A program made the translations under genes and the position numbers. A stretch of 64,000 nt of DNA from Octopus vulgaris (taxonomy: Eukaryota). The notes beneath the pieces are model-generated. The model had not been told where the DNA came from and did not search any database. It saw only the letters and a program-made list of their open reading frames with translations. This document shows, one piece after another, positions 51,557-64,000 of this stretch (its first letter is position 1; each line of letters opens with the position of its first letter). The stretch covers positions 15,376,001-15,440,000 of the forward strand of contig OX597828.1 in NCBI GenBank assembly GCA_951406725.2. The letters run 5' to 3'.

Positions 51557-52785
51557 CTAATTGGCAGAAATTACGGAGTAACTCAAAGGCTGAGAGTTTC
51601 ATGCACTGGCAATTTGGTAAGAGTCATACACAAGACTCATGTCTCTTGAGTCACTTTGCAACTTCTTAACAATATGTATGTATATTATACACACACACAC
51701 ATTTATATAATAATAATAATAATAATTTGTGGAACCAGTCCATTAAATTACACAGGAAAATGAGTGACAGGCAGTAGCCAATGAGAAGCACAGGTGCTTT
51801 TAAAAGCACATTCTGAGGCATTCACCCAAAACAAATTAAACAGATATACACGCACATATTTTGAGTTATAGTTTGCTGTTTGCATTACTACCATCTCTCT
51901 CTCTCTCTCTCTCTCTCCCTATATATATAGTAGAATCAATGAAAATAAGTGATAAGAAAACTATTTGATAAGATAAATTAAGAATGTCTTATAGGGCTAA
52001 GTGTAAATTTTAATTAATGTTTACAGATTTCCTTTATACACACTGTCACTGTTATTTATGACACATTTCATCTCAGTTACATTTGTATGAATAAATGAGA
52101 GTATCTGAAGCATGTTTACTTCATGGCACCACCATAATTGTTCGTGCTTCATTTTTCATTTTTTCTGTAACTCTAACCCTAAAACTCTAACACCTTAGAG
52201 CTAAAACCAGTACAAACGCACAATGTCATAAATAACAGTGACAAACAAAATATACACCACCGATAGTTGTTGACAAACAATGACAGTAATTTTATTCAGC
52301 TGAATACACGTCATTGATTGGTTGAAATTACCGAAATACGACAACTTTAACAAGAAATAACTTCCAAAATACAGAATTTCCTCAACTACGCCAAGAGTAG
52401 AAGATGTTTTATGTGACACATTGTACCAGTATATGAAGTTTGAAAGTGTTTAGTTACAAAAAATTATTTTTTTAAATCTGTCGGTCAAAAGGTAAAGATC
52501 CCAAAAATTATTTTGATATTACATAATTAAAAGCAATATTCTTTATATATATATATTACAAACACTGACAGCTCCTAAATGTCTGTTGTTCAAAAGAAAA
52601 AAAAAACACTATAAAAATGTTAGAAGAGTTTTAACAACCCATACTTAAATGCTAAGTACTTTATTTCCCAATGACAACACACCCATATGTGCCTCACTGT
52701 AGGATCTGAATAGCAAAATTCAATATAAGTTTATTTAAATACATGATCATTATCATAATCAAATTGATTTCCTAGAAATATGTGT

Positions 52786-52821
<36 letters not shown>

Positions 52822-55684
52822 ACACCCACCCACATGGTCATGTGATTTCTACAATATTAGTTTGGTAGCAGGTGTTAATTTTACACTAGTAAAGTTCAAG
52901 GGTTGCACCCCAGTTTGCTTTCTATTTTGTTTGGTATTTGTGAACTTCAACATTTTTAATGTATTTTGTACAGTAATTATGAAAAAAAAAAGAAACAAAT
53001 CTGACAGAACTCTTTTTTTTTACTAGTTGTCATAGTACTACAAAAAATGAAAGAGGGAAAGAACATCAGTGCGTATAAAACACGAGATAAAAGTTTTCTA
53101 GGAGTTCATTTCTCACAGTTACTGCTGTGCATTATTACACCAGTGTATAAAGTATCGTCATCATCATCGTTGTTGTTCTTATTGCCATCATCACCCATCT
53201 TCTGTGCTGGCATGAGTTGGGTGGTTTCACAGAATCTGATGGGTCTGAAGACTGCACTGTGCCCTAATATCTAATTTGGTATAATTTTTGTAGCTGGACG
53301 ACCTTCCTAACATCAACCACTTTACAGAGTGTACCAGGTGCCTTTTCCCACCCCTGCTTTTTTTGGGGCACCAACACTAGGGAAGTTGCCATAAGCAGGG
53401 CTACAGTACAGAGGAAGTGGTTTTATGGCTAAGCAATGAAAGGTTGAAGTATGGGTTTCTTGCTGCAAAAGAGCTACATAGCTATTTGCTTTATAGCATC
53501 TCCACCCAGTTAAGTCCCTTCATGGGACTGTCACATTAAGTTGACTGTATACAACTACTTTATTGTATCACTACTGCATAAATCTTTCTAAGATATTTAG
53601 AAATGTATTCATCATCATCATCATCGTTTAGCGTCCACTTTCCATGCTAGCATGGGTTGGATGGTTCAACTGGCGTCTCGGAAGCCAGAAGGCTGCACCA
53701 GGCCCAGTCTGATCTGGCAATGTTTCTACGGCTGGATGCCCTTCCTAACGCCAACCACTCCGTGAGTGTAGTGGGTGATTTTTACGTGCCAGACGAGGCT
53801 GGCAAACGGCCACGATCGGATGGTACTTTTTACGTGCCACTGGCACGGGTCCAGGTGAGGCTGGCAACGGCCACGAACGGATGGTGCTTTTTATGTGCCA
53901 CCGGCACGTATTATTGACATATATATTAATATATATATATATATCAATGATGGGCTTCTTTCTGCTTCCAGTTATAAAATCCACTCACAAGGTTTTGGTT
54001 GGCCCAAGGCTATGGTAGAAGATACTCGTTCAAAGTGCCACACAGTGGGACTGAATCCTGAAGCACGTGGTTGAGAAGCTAGCTTCTTACTACACAGCTA
54101 CACCTAGAGGGTAGCATTTAGAATCTGAGAAAATGGCTTATGGTTTATGCTAGGAAATGTCTGTTAATAAGAAAATTGGGGATAGGTAAGGCTTATTTAT
54201 TGTGAGGAGAGTAAAGTCTAACAAGCAACACTAGATCATACTGCAAATATTACACAGCATTATACTGCATGGTAACACTTGGACCTGAGCTGAGAGCTGA
54301 GACCCCCTTCGGTCATGACTGACCATGAGATTGCACCTAGAAAGTTACCCTCCCAGACACAAGTCTGGGCAAGGTTGTTTATGAAAAGCCAGCAATCACC
54401 CATGTATACCGGCCTCCCCTCTCCACGCCACTGATGTTATCCAAGAGAAAGGCAAAGGCCGATACAGCTTGGCACCAGTGACGTCACAACTCATTTCTAC
54501 AGCTGAGTGAATTGGAGCAACGTGAAAAAAATTGTCTTGCTCAAGAACATAACACGCAGCTCGGTCTGGGATTCGAACTAACAACCTCACGATCATAAGC
54601 TCGACGCTCTAACCACTGAGCCATGTGCCTTCACTTGGACAAATGAGGGAACTACTGTTGAACTTGCTAGAAACAGTAGCCAAATTTCTCAATGATGAGG
54701 TAGTGTTGGTGATAATGATGATGACATGATAATGATTTCTAAGATGCTGCTGCTGTCAGTGGTGGTAATTAACTCAAAAACATTGTAGCAGTGTGCCAAG
54801 AGATTTTTTTTAAATATATTTTTCAATTCTTAGGATTTACAAAATTCTTTCTGACAACATTTACGTAAAATGCTACTACCAACATCCTAGCTATCAACAT
54901 TTTTTTTTCCTTCCTAACTTGTCAGCTGATTTTTATGAGAATAATTAGATTTCAAAATACTCACTATATAAAATATGTTAACTCTAACATATCTATAGCT
55001 TGTATGAAAAGTCTGTCTACTACAGCTCTTGACATTTCAAAGTTTTGGAACATGAACTCTTATCTGTATACATTACCATCTCAACTCTCTTCCATTTTGC
55101 TAAACAATTTTCCCAAATTCCACACTAAATTGGTATATTTATCCAAAGTAATTCTAAAAATTCTAAGGCTGCCTTTCTAAAATAACTTCCAGTTGTTAAC
55201 TGTTCAGGAGGTAGCAAAGTAATAGAACTATTACAGAAATGGATAGAATACCTTGTGGTTTTTGTTTCGGGTACCTGTGCTCTGAATTTAAAGTCATCTT
55301 AGCCTGTCATCCTTTTGAGGTTATTAAATAAATTACTAATCCTCTACTAGGACTGATTCTCCTCTCTCTCTTTTATCTGGACTTTGGCCATGCTGGGGCA
55401 CCACTTTATAAAATTTAGTCAAACAAACTGACCCCAGTTCTTATTCTAATGGTTTCTTTTGCCTAACCACTAAATTATGTGGGACATAAACAAACTAACA
55501 TGGTTGTGAAGCAATTAGTAAAGACAAACACAATAAGCTTCCTTTCAGTTTCTGGATACCATATTCACTTACAATGCATTTGTTGGTTTGGGGCTATAGT
55601 AGAAGAAACTTGCTCAAGGTGCCATGAAGTGGGATTGAACTCAAAACTATGTGATCACAATACAACCATCCTAACCCCACACAC

Positions 55685-55718
<34 letters not shown>

Positions 55719-55739
55719 GGGAGAGAGAGAGAGAGAGAG

Positions 55740-56165
55740 GTGCAGCAATGGCTGTATGGTAAGTAGCTTGCTTACCAACCACATGGTTCTGGGTACAGCC
55801 CCATTGCGTGGCACCTTGGGCAAGTGCCCTCTACTATAGCCTTGGGCCATCTAAAGCCTTGTGAGTGGATTTGGTAGACAGAAACTGAAAGAAGCCTGTC
55901 ATATATATATATATGTGTGTGTTTGCATGTGTGTGTGTGTGTGTGTGTGTGCATGCGTGTGTGTGTATGAATGTTTGTGTGTCTGTGCTTGACAAACAAT
56001 GTTGGTGTGTTTACGTCCCCGTAACTTAGTGGTTTGGCAAAAGAGACTGATAGAATAAGTACTGGGCTTACAAAGAATAAGTCCTGGGGGTTGATTTGTT
56101 TGACTAAAGGTGGTGCTCCAGCATGGCCGCAGTCAAATGACAAACAAATAAAAGAATAAAAGAAT
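55740..56165 (+). mobile_element. SINE family A copy
   Basis: Head gtgcagcaatggctgtatggtaag through tail aaaagaataaaagaat. Confidence 0.88.
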
Positions 56166-56264
56166 GGCTTAACTGGCCCAGACTCTGAAGTCACTGTTAA
56201 TTATACTCTTGTTTATGAATAATACACACACAAACACACACACGTGTGTGTCTGTGTGTGTGTA

Positions 56265-56313
<49 letters not shown>

Positions 56314-57574
56314 CCACACACATACATGTACACACACACACACACATAAACACATAACAGTAAGATTCATGGGTTTGTTAGTGTGTCAGAAAAGAGGCCT
56401 TTGTTCTGGCACATTGTGTTTTGAGTTCAAATTCTGTCTTGATGCCAACAGCCCAGGTAAATCACACTAATATAAGACACTGTCCAATCTGCAATTGACC
56501 AGCATGGACGGGTAGGCCTACAACCTGCATAGATAAGCTTGTAATGACATACTGAGGCTTTCGTTTTGCAGTGAACCAAAAATAGTTGAAAAGTAATTGC
56601 TTAGGAAGTAATTTTCTTCCTCTTGATTGCTTCTTAAAAGCAGATATTCAATATTATAAAAAAAAAAAAAATAATCAAATAATGTTGTAACATATAGCTA
56701 CCAATAATATAATTAGCAGTGTGCTTCCATCTCTGTTTGACTGCCTAGCTAAAGAGCAATTATAGGCATGCTCTGTATCAAGGAAATATTGTATTCCTGA
56801 AAATCTTGCCAGAAAGCAAAGCCTGTTTTTCACTGATTTCTGTGTTACAGGAAAGCCAATAGGAAAGAAATATCTTGTTAAAGAATGCCAAATTATTGAA
56901 AAGATTTTCAGGAACACAATGCTTCCATTAACGTGGGAGATTCCTGTAACTGTTACACAGCTCTAAAACCAAGGATGTGAGACATTGATAAAAGAGACAC
57001 TGCAGATCTTAGACTAAAAGGAAGTGCGAAAATATAGTTTGGATTTGAAGTAAAATCTGAGATTCTTGCAACTGCTGACACTGTGTAAGCTATTGTTAGA
57101 AGATGGCAATGATAATGATGGTGATTATACTATGGAACCTAAAACAACTAAAAAATACCTTTGTTAGTGGTGGAATTGGTCAAGTGGATAAAACATTGGC
57201 TGAACTACTTGTTTGTAATCACAAGTTCAAACCCTTTGAAGGTACGTTTTATAATACCAACTAATCCCATAGTTCTTTATAAAGAATCTACCTGTGTAGA
57301 ACTGTGTAAAGAGAGAACTGGATTCATACTCTAACAATGCCAGAGACATGGAAATGGAATCAGCAGAAAATTTGTCAAAGTGCTCAAAGACCGCATGGGG
57401 TGAGTAGAAATGTTTTAATCAACAGCGCATTGGATTTGGCTTAACCAGAGACACTGAAGTGAAATGGGGACATAAAATGGAACAGACCAAATCACAGGTC
57501 ACCAAATGGTTTGTTCATTATTGGATTCGAGAAATATAACGATGAATTACATAAAAAAAAGTAGAAAGGTTTAA

Positions 57575-57795
57575 CCATTTCAATACCAACCCAGCTGAAA
57601 CCAGCTCTGGATCTGAGTACAAATGTCTTGTTTTCAGAAGTTTTGAATCAAAATCTTCCACCAAACCTTAGTCACAATTTATGTTCCTAACACTAGCTGA
57701 ATGATAACTATGTTATTTTACTAAATTCTTTGTTATATTTAAAATTAATTGAAAGAAACACAGAGCATCTCAAAATAAATACAGTAATGAAAGGG
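57575..57795. mobile_element. piggyBac-type MITE family 1 (opposite orientation)
   Basis: ttaa|ccatttcaatac...gtaatgaaaggg|ttaa. Confidence 0.85.
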
Positions 57796-58669
57796 TTAAT
57801 ATAGGCACAGAGAAATCTTTCCTGGGAAATTTATTTGCAATTTGGTGCAGGCATGGTCACAGTGGAAAAGTTTACTTTGCAAATAAATAGTTCCAGGTTT
57901 CATTTCAACCTATAGCAATTTGAGCAAACATCTACTAAAACCTTGAGTTGACCAATACCTTTTGAATGGAATATCAGATATGGAAGCTGGGTTGAAGCCA
58001 TTGTGTGTGTGTGTGCCTATGATGTTTGTATGCATGTATCTACATAGGCAAGAGTGTATGTATAAATGTATGTATTTTTCATCAATTTATAAAAAAAAAA
58101 ATTGTGCTTTTTGGGATGAAAAATGTCAGTAAAAACCTGTTATATTTGTTTCATTCGAATTACATCAACATCCTTTCGTCACTTTCATCACCAGAAGCAA
58201 ATCACAGGTAACCGATGACTAGATATTTACATATCTCTCTCACCTAATGCTGCTGCCATTGCCACCACCACGACCACCACCACGGGATATTAGAAGTCAT
58301 TGACATTCAGGGACATTCACATTGCAACATCAACAAGACAGTGATTCTGCTTTACTCACACACTTAAATGAGCAACCATTTTGAATGTTAATTACTTAAT
58401 GAGCTGACAGATTCTAATCAGGAAGAGAGAGGTGGCGACAAGTGCACAGGGTTGGTGGAATAAGTAGCAATGACATGTACTCCGGTCTATTAAAAAAAAA
58501 CAAACAAAAAAAAAATACTACCCTTGTGATAATGGAAGAAACTATTTATATACAAACAGTTCAGTACAGAAAATGTACTTTAACATTTCAGGTAAAACAA
58601 TATTGTAACAAAATCTTTAACTATGTCCTGTGTTGCTACTATTTAGAACAATTGTAATTGAGCAGGATT

Positions 58670-58960
58670 ATGATCATAGCTATCTGTCGCATGTAGTTAT
58701 ATGGACATGCCCTCTGTCTCCCACCAGATCATCCTACCAGGGCTTTACTCTCATTTGATGCAGCAGCTACGAACTGGAAGAGTCCTCATGCCAGACCTCG
58801 CATCAGATGGCTGGACGTGATTGGAGAAGATCCCTAGAGACATGGTGTTAACTTGGAAGTTGCAGAGGAGCTGGGACGATCCATCAATGATGGAAAACTG
58901 GTGGACCTGGTCGGCTCTACGCATGATGATGTCTCTGGGTCCACGAACTTGGGATGATCC
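58670..58960 (+). mobile_element. Decayed RTE-like LINE C-terminal fragment
   Basis: Plus-strand frame reads LYGHALCLPPDHPTRALLSFDAAATNWKSPHARPRIRWLDVIGED. Confidence 0.75.
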
Positions 58961-60387
58961 CAAACCCCTCAAGCAGGGCCATAAAGCAAAAGCTTGTGAC
59001 CAGAGATGTTCCAATCATAATTTGTTAAGAGCAGCTGTTCACAAAACTTAATTCATCAGGAAACATCATCATCATCATTTTAACATTCATCTTTTATGAA
59101 GGTGGCAAGCTGGCAGAAATGTTAGCACGCAAAGCAAAATGCTTAGCAGTATTTCATCTGCTGCTACATTCTGAGTTCAAATTCCACCGAGGTCAACTTT
59201 GCCTTTAATCCTTTCGGGGTCGATTAAATAAGTACCAGTTACGCACTGGGGTCGATATAATCAACTTAATCCGTTTGTCTGTCCTTGTTTGTCCCCTCTA
59301 TGTTTAGCCCCTTGTGGGCAATAAAGAAATAAGAAATGTTAGCATGCCAAGCGAAATGCTTAGTGGTATTTCATCTGTCTTTACATTCTGAGTTCAAATT
59401 CTGCTGAGGTCAACTTTGCCTTTCATTCTGGGGTTGATAAATTAAGTACCAGTTGCATACTGGGTTGATCTAATCAACTGGCCCCCTCCCCCAAAATTTC
59501 GGGCCTTGTGCCAAGGGTAGAAAAGAACGTTCATTTTTTTTATGCAATGGGTTGGGCAGAGTTCATTGAGTTAAGTTTTCCACGGCTGAGTGCTCTCCTT
59601 TTCATTAACCCTAACTTGTTTCCTATTTCTTTATTGTTCACAAGGGGCTAAACAACGAAAGACAAAGGGATTAAGTCAATTACATCGACCCCAGTGTGTA
59701 ACTGGTACTTAATTTATCGACTCTGAAAGGATGAAAGGCAAAGTCGACCTTGGCGGAAATTGAACTCAGGATGTAATGGCAGACGAAATACCGCTAAGCA
59801 TTTTGCCCGGCGTGCTAACGATTCTGCCAGTTTCCAAGCAAGGTAATATTTCTCCATGGCCAGAACATGTTGTTGCCAAATACTAGAAATGAATGACACT
59901 GCTTGTATGGCAGTGACGATCATTTACAACTGCCATGTGATGTCAAGACAAGGAGACACAAACATGCAAACATGCACACTCACAGGCATTCACACGCACA
60001 TGCACACACATGTATGATGGGTTTCTTTTACTTTTTGTTTACCAAATCCTCTTGCAAAGCTTTGATTGGCCCCAGGGCTATAGTAGAAGACACTTGCTCA
60101 AGGTGCCGTGAAGTGGAACTGAACTTGAAACCATGTGGTTGAGAAGCAAACATTTCAACCACACAGTCATGTCTGCCTATAGTGATAACTGAGGTGGAAA
60201 AAATGGAAACAGATCAAGTTTAGGGAGACATTGATTGATTTGGGATAAAGTAAAGAGAGCGAGATCACTGAAAGTTAGGCCTCACATTTGAAATGATGAA
60301 AATATATATATATATTTTTTTAAGTTTCAGCTCAGAGCTGCGGCCATGCTGATGCACCGCCATTTATATATATATATATATATATAT

Positions 60388-60580
60388 ACTAGTATTATAA
60401 CCCGATTTCATTCGGTCTACCGGGCCACATTTTAAAGATGAGGAATTTTGCCCTAGAGGCCACGCTTTTCAATTGAGCAAACTCAAAGTTTCCCTGCAAA
60501 CTCCCCAGCACTTTTAACATAGGTGTGCTAACTTTTGCCTGCACAACTGCTTGTGAGACAACGTCCACCCTTTTCACAAA
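60388..60580 (-). mobile_element. Helitron-like 3' terminus
   Basis: Minus strand ends with hairpin ccgaatgaaatcgg, then gttataata-CTAG|T, next to (TA)n. Confidence 0.5.
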
Positions 60581-63500
60581 TATATGCATACATACATATA
60601 TATCCTTTTACTTGTTTCAGTCATTTGACTGCAGCCAAGCTGGGGCAATGATTTGAAGGGTTTTCACCAAACAAATTAATCCTAGGACTTATTTTTTTAA
60701 AGCCTTGTACTTATTCTATCAGTCTCTTTTGCAAAACTGCTAAGTTATGGGGATGTAAACACACCAACACCTGTTGTCAAGCAATGATGGAGGACAACAC
60801 AGACACAAACATACATACATATCATCATCGTTTAATGTCTGTTTCCCATGCTAGCATGGTTTGGACGGTTTGACCGGGGTCTGGGAAGCCAGGAGGTTGC
60901 ACCAGGCTCCAGTCTGATCTGGCAGTGTTTCTACAGCTTGATGCCCTTCCACTCTGTGAGTGTAGTGGGTGCATTTTACGTGCCACCGGCACAGTGGTCA
61001 GAGGAGGCTGGCAACGGCCATGATCGGTTGGTGTTTTTATGTGCCACTGGCACATAAAAGTCAAGGTGGCCACGTTCGGATGGTGCTTTTTACGTGCCAC
61101 CAGCACAGGTATCACAACTACAATTTCCATTTGATTTTCATTTTGATGTTGATGTACTTGACTGAATAGGTCTCCTCAAGCATAGCAGGTCGCCCTACGA
61201 TCGGGCTTCTTTCAGCTTCCGTCTACCAAATCCACTCACAAAGCTTTGGTAAGTCCAAGGCTACAGATGATACAGTGGAACTGAACTTGGAACCATATGG
61301 AGGGGAAGTAAGCTTCTTACCACGCAGCCACGCCTGCACCAATATATGTGTGTGTGTGTGTGGTGTGTATGTGTGTGGTGTGTATGTGTGTGGTGTGTAT
61401 GTGTGTGTGTGTAAGAATGAATGAAGCTTTTGTTACATAAATTCTAACTCATGTCAGTGTGGAAAATTAACAAGCAGGTTACCTACCATAGAGTAAAATC
61501 GAATTTGTGAGTTTGGTATTTATGTAATTAATTAATATAATTGGAAGCATCTAATTTTTCCCTACAGCCAACTCATTCAAACTAAAACTAAAGCAAAATA
61601 ACATAAGCAACCAAAAGAAAAAGAATTCATCATTATAATTAACAAAATTAAATTATCCACCTATTTTGTTCCTTTTTTTTTTTTTAAATTTTTTTTTACT
61701 GTTCTCTGTTGATTTTTGGCATGATGACAACTCCTTCCATAAAAACTTGACAAATATTTATTTCATTACAAGCTGCATATTTTAAAAGTAATCCCTCCCA
61801 CCCATTTTGTTTGTAGACAGAATAATTAGTGAGAGTGCAGTTGGCATTCAAACATTTGCTCTTCTCAGAATTGGCAAATAATTCATAATATTTCAGGATT
61901 TTTGAATGTCGACGAGGAGGAAAGAAACAAATGAAAGCATCTGAGTGCGGATATGAGAAGTATGATTCTCAACATCATGGTTTCAGGTTCAAGCCCCACT
62001 GTGTGGTACTTTAAGCAAGCATCTTCTACTATAGGCCTCGGGGCTAAGTGAACCAAAGTCTTGTGAATGGATTTGGTAGATAGAAACAGAAAGAAGCTCA
62101 TCATGTGTGTGTGTGTGGGGGGGTGAAATGGGAAAATTGAGATGGAAGAAGTGATGTCAGCTATTGGACCAGCTATTGGTGATAGGGTCCCCAATGTCAG
62201 ATGGAACAACATATCAATTTAAAAACCTTGCAATGGCATCAGCTGAAGTATTGATTTAAGAACAAGCAGACTTGCAACAACTGAAGCAACCACTATCTTT
62301 TGTTGGTTTCAGTCACTGGACTGCGGCCATGCTGGGGCACAGCTTTGAAGGGTTTTAGTCAAACAAATTGGCTTTCTGTACTTATTTTTTAAAACCAGAT
62401 ACTCGTTCTATTGGCTTCTTTTGCCACACCGTTAAGTTACAGGGACATAAATAAACCAACACAAGTTGTCAAACAATGGGGTGGGGTACAAACACAGACA
62501 CAAAACACACAACACACATATACACATTACACAAACTAGATTGATTTTCAGTGCTAATATGGATATATGTGTATCAGTATACATGTATGTGAGTGTGTGT
62601 ATGTTTGTGTCTCCTTGTCTTGACATCACTCACATGATAGTTGTAAATGAGTGTCACTGTCATACAAGCAGTGTCATTCATTTCCATTATTCTGCAAAGT
62701 CATGCCAGGACATGTGAAAATATTATCTTGTTTGGAAACAAGCTAGGGTTAGTGAAAGGAAGGGCATCTGGCAGTAGAAAATTTGCCTTGATAAGCTCTG
62801 GCCAACCCATTCAACCATAAAGAAGAGGATGTTAAAATACTAATGGTCGTGGTTATAGGAATGGCCTGTGTGATTAAGAAATTCAGTTTGGTTCTGAATT
62901 TGGTCTCACAATGAAGCAACTCATATAATTGCCATCTTCAACCACAATGGTGATGTGTTGACCAAAGCCTTGAGACTGAAACTTGATAGATGGAATCTAT
63001 GAAGAAGTGCAGAGTATATGGATGTGCGTGTGTGTGTGTGTGTGAACATACATATATGTGTGTGTAGGTATGGGATGAATACTTGCTGTGCTGATCCCAA
63101 AAATGACTGCATTGAACAAAAATCCTCAAAGACAACACTCCCAGCATGGCCTCAGCCTAATGGCTGAAATTGATAAAAAAACAGAATTGGATTTTTTTTC
63201 AGCGTTGTAAAGACATTGGGTGATTATCTTTTAAAAGCACTTCTATCTCTTCATGCCAAGCTCTACCCCATCTGAGATTAATGAGGGAAATTAGTCAATT
63301 AATGAATCACTAATCTGGGAAATGTCAAATTAACTTGATCAATAGTGTTTCATTTAATTTATTTTTCTGATGCATGTGCATAGTATTTTAACAAAGATAA
63401 AGTTAAAATTAGCAGGAAATCAGTATAACTAATTAATGCTAACAATAATGACAACTGAACAGCAAAGCCAAAAAACAAAAAAAAAGAAACGGAAAAAGTA

Positions 63501-64000
63501 ATAAAAAAATGTACTAGTCAAAGAGTACAAGAGGGTAACAAAAGTTAGAGTTAGAAAAACATTTATAAATTGAAAAGAAATTTACTAAACACTCAATAAG
63601 AGTATTATTTAGGCAGATTTAAAGAGCAGTGGAAACAACTGAAAGAGTAGACAGGTGTCTTTTCAGAATTCTTGCTCTACAATGCACTGGGGCTCTGCTT
63701 AGCACTGCTTTTCATGGTAGTAAGCAGAAGAGAGTCTGATATTCTTCTCCTAGATAGAATATTACCCCTTTTGTGACTCCATTTCTGTTAAAGCACACTT
63801 CCTTTCATCATCACCATCATCATCATTTAGTGTCTGCTTTCCATACTGGCATAGGTTAGATGGTTTGATTGGAACTAGTAAGCTGGAGAGCTGCACCAGG
63901 TTCCAGTCTGATTTGGCATGGTTTCTATGGCTGGATGCCCTTCCTAATGCCAACCACTCTGAGAGTGTAATGAGTGCTTTTTATGTGCCACTGGCACAGG

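Noticed and set aside
56840-57540. Possible very old LINE remnant (KKYLVKECQIIEK)
   Set aside because: Only a faint resemblance to the RTE linker region, with many stops. Cannot be supported without a profile search.
59021-59065. Minus-strand CTGATGA...GAA-CAGCTG as a hammerhead
   Set aside because: Helix II barely pairs, GAAA and UH are incomplete, and helix I is absent.
1-64000. Most ORFs in the six-frame track ([19 protein letters not shown]..., RQASFSF...)
   Set aside because: They are translations of microsatellites, SINEs and RTE UTR copies and recur wherever the repeat recurs.
48585-64000. First coding exon and promoter of STIMATE
   Set aside because: I found no minus-strand segment encoding the expected QGxLxxxAFxxL helix with a phase-1 donor. 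It is probably outside the window, though I may have missed it.

Overview
Repeat-dense eukaryotic DNA, AT-rich and full of microsatellites. The SINE repertoire strongly suggests an octopus (coleoid cephalopod); this is an inference. The only host gene I can support is a minus-strand STIMATE/TMEM110 orthologue. It has six GT-AG exons with matching phases at 48584-48536, 29761-29666, 24768-24647, 17667-17555, 10441-10358 and 1701-1453 (713 coding nt including the stop). The first coding exon was not found and is probably beyond 64000. The introns hold four tRNA-headed SINE families (my labels A-D), decayed RTE-clade LINE 3' ends, one near-full-length dead mariner, several MITE families (piggyBac-, hAT-, Tc2/pogo- and mariner-type), Helitron-like pieces and minisatellites. 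Nearly all ORFs in the supplied track are repeat artefacts. The most interesting unexplained signal is a set of minimal type I hammerhead-ribozyme-like motifs with palindromic helix III, the kind known from Penelope-like elements. The best copy (38756-38797) has an intact core with a compensatory U3-A8 pair and lies on the STIMATE pre-mRNA strand. All structures were read by eye; no activity is demonstrated.
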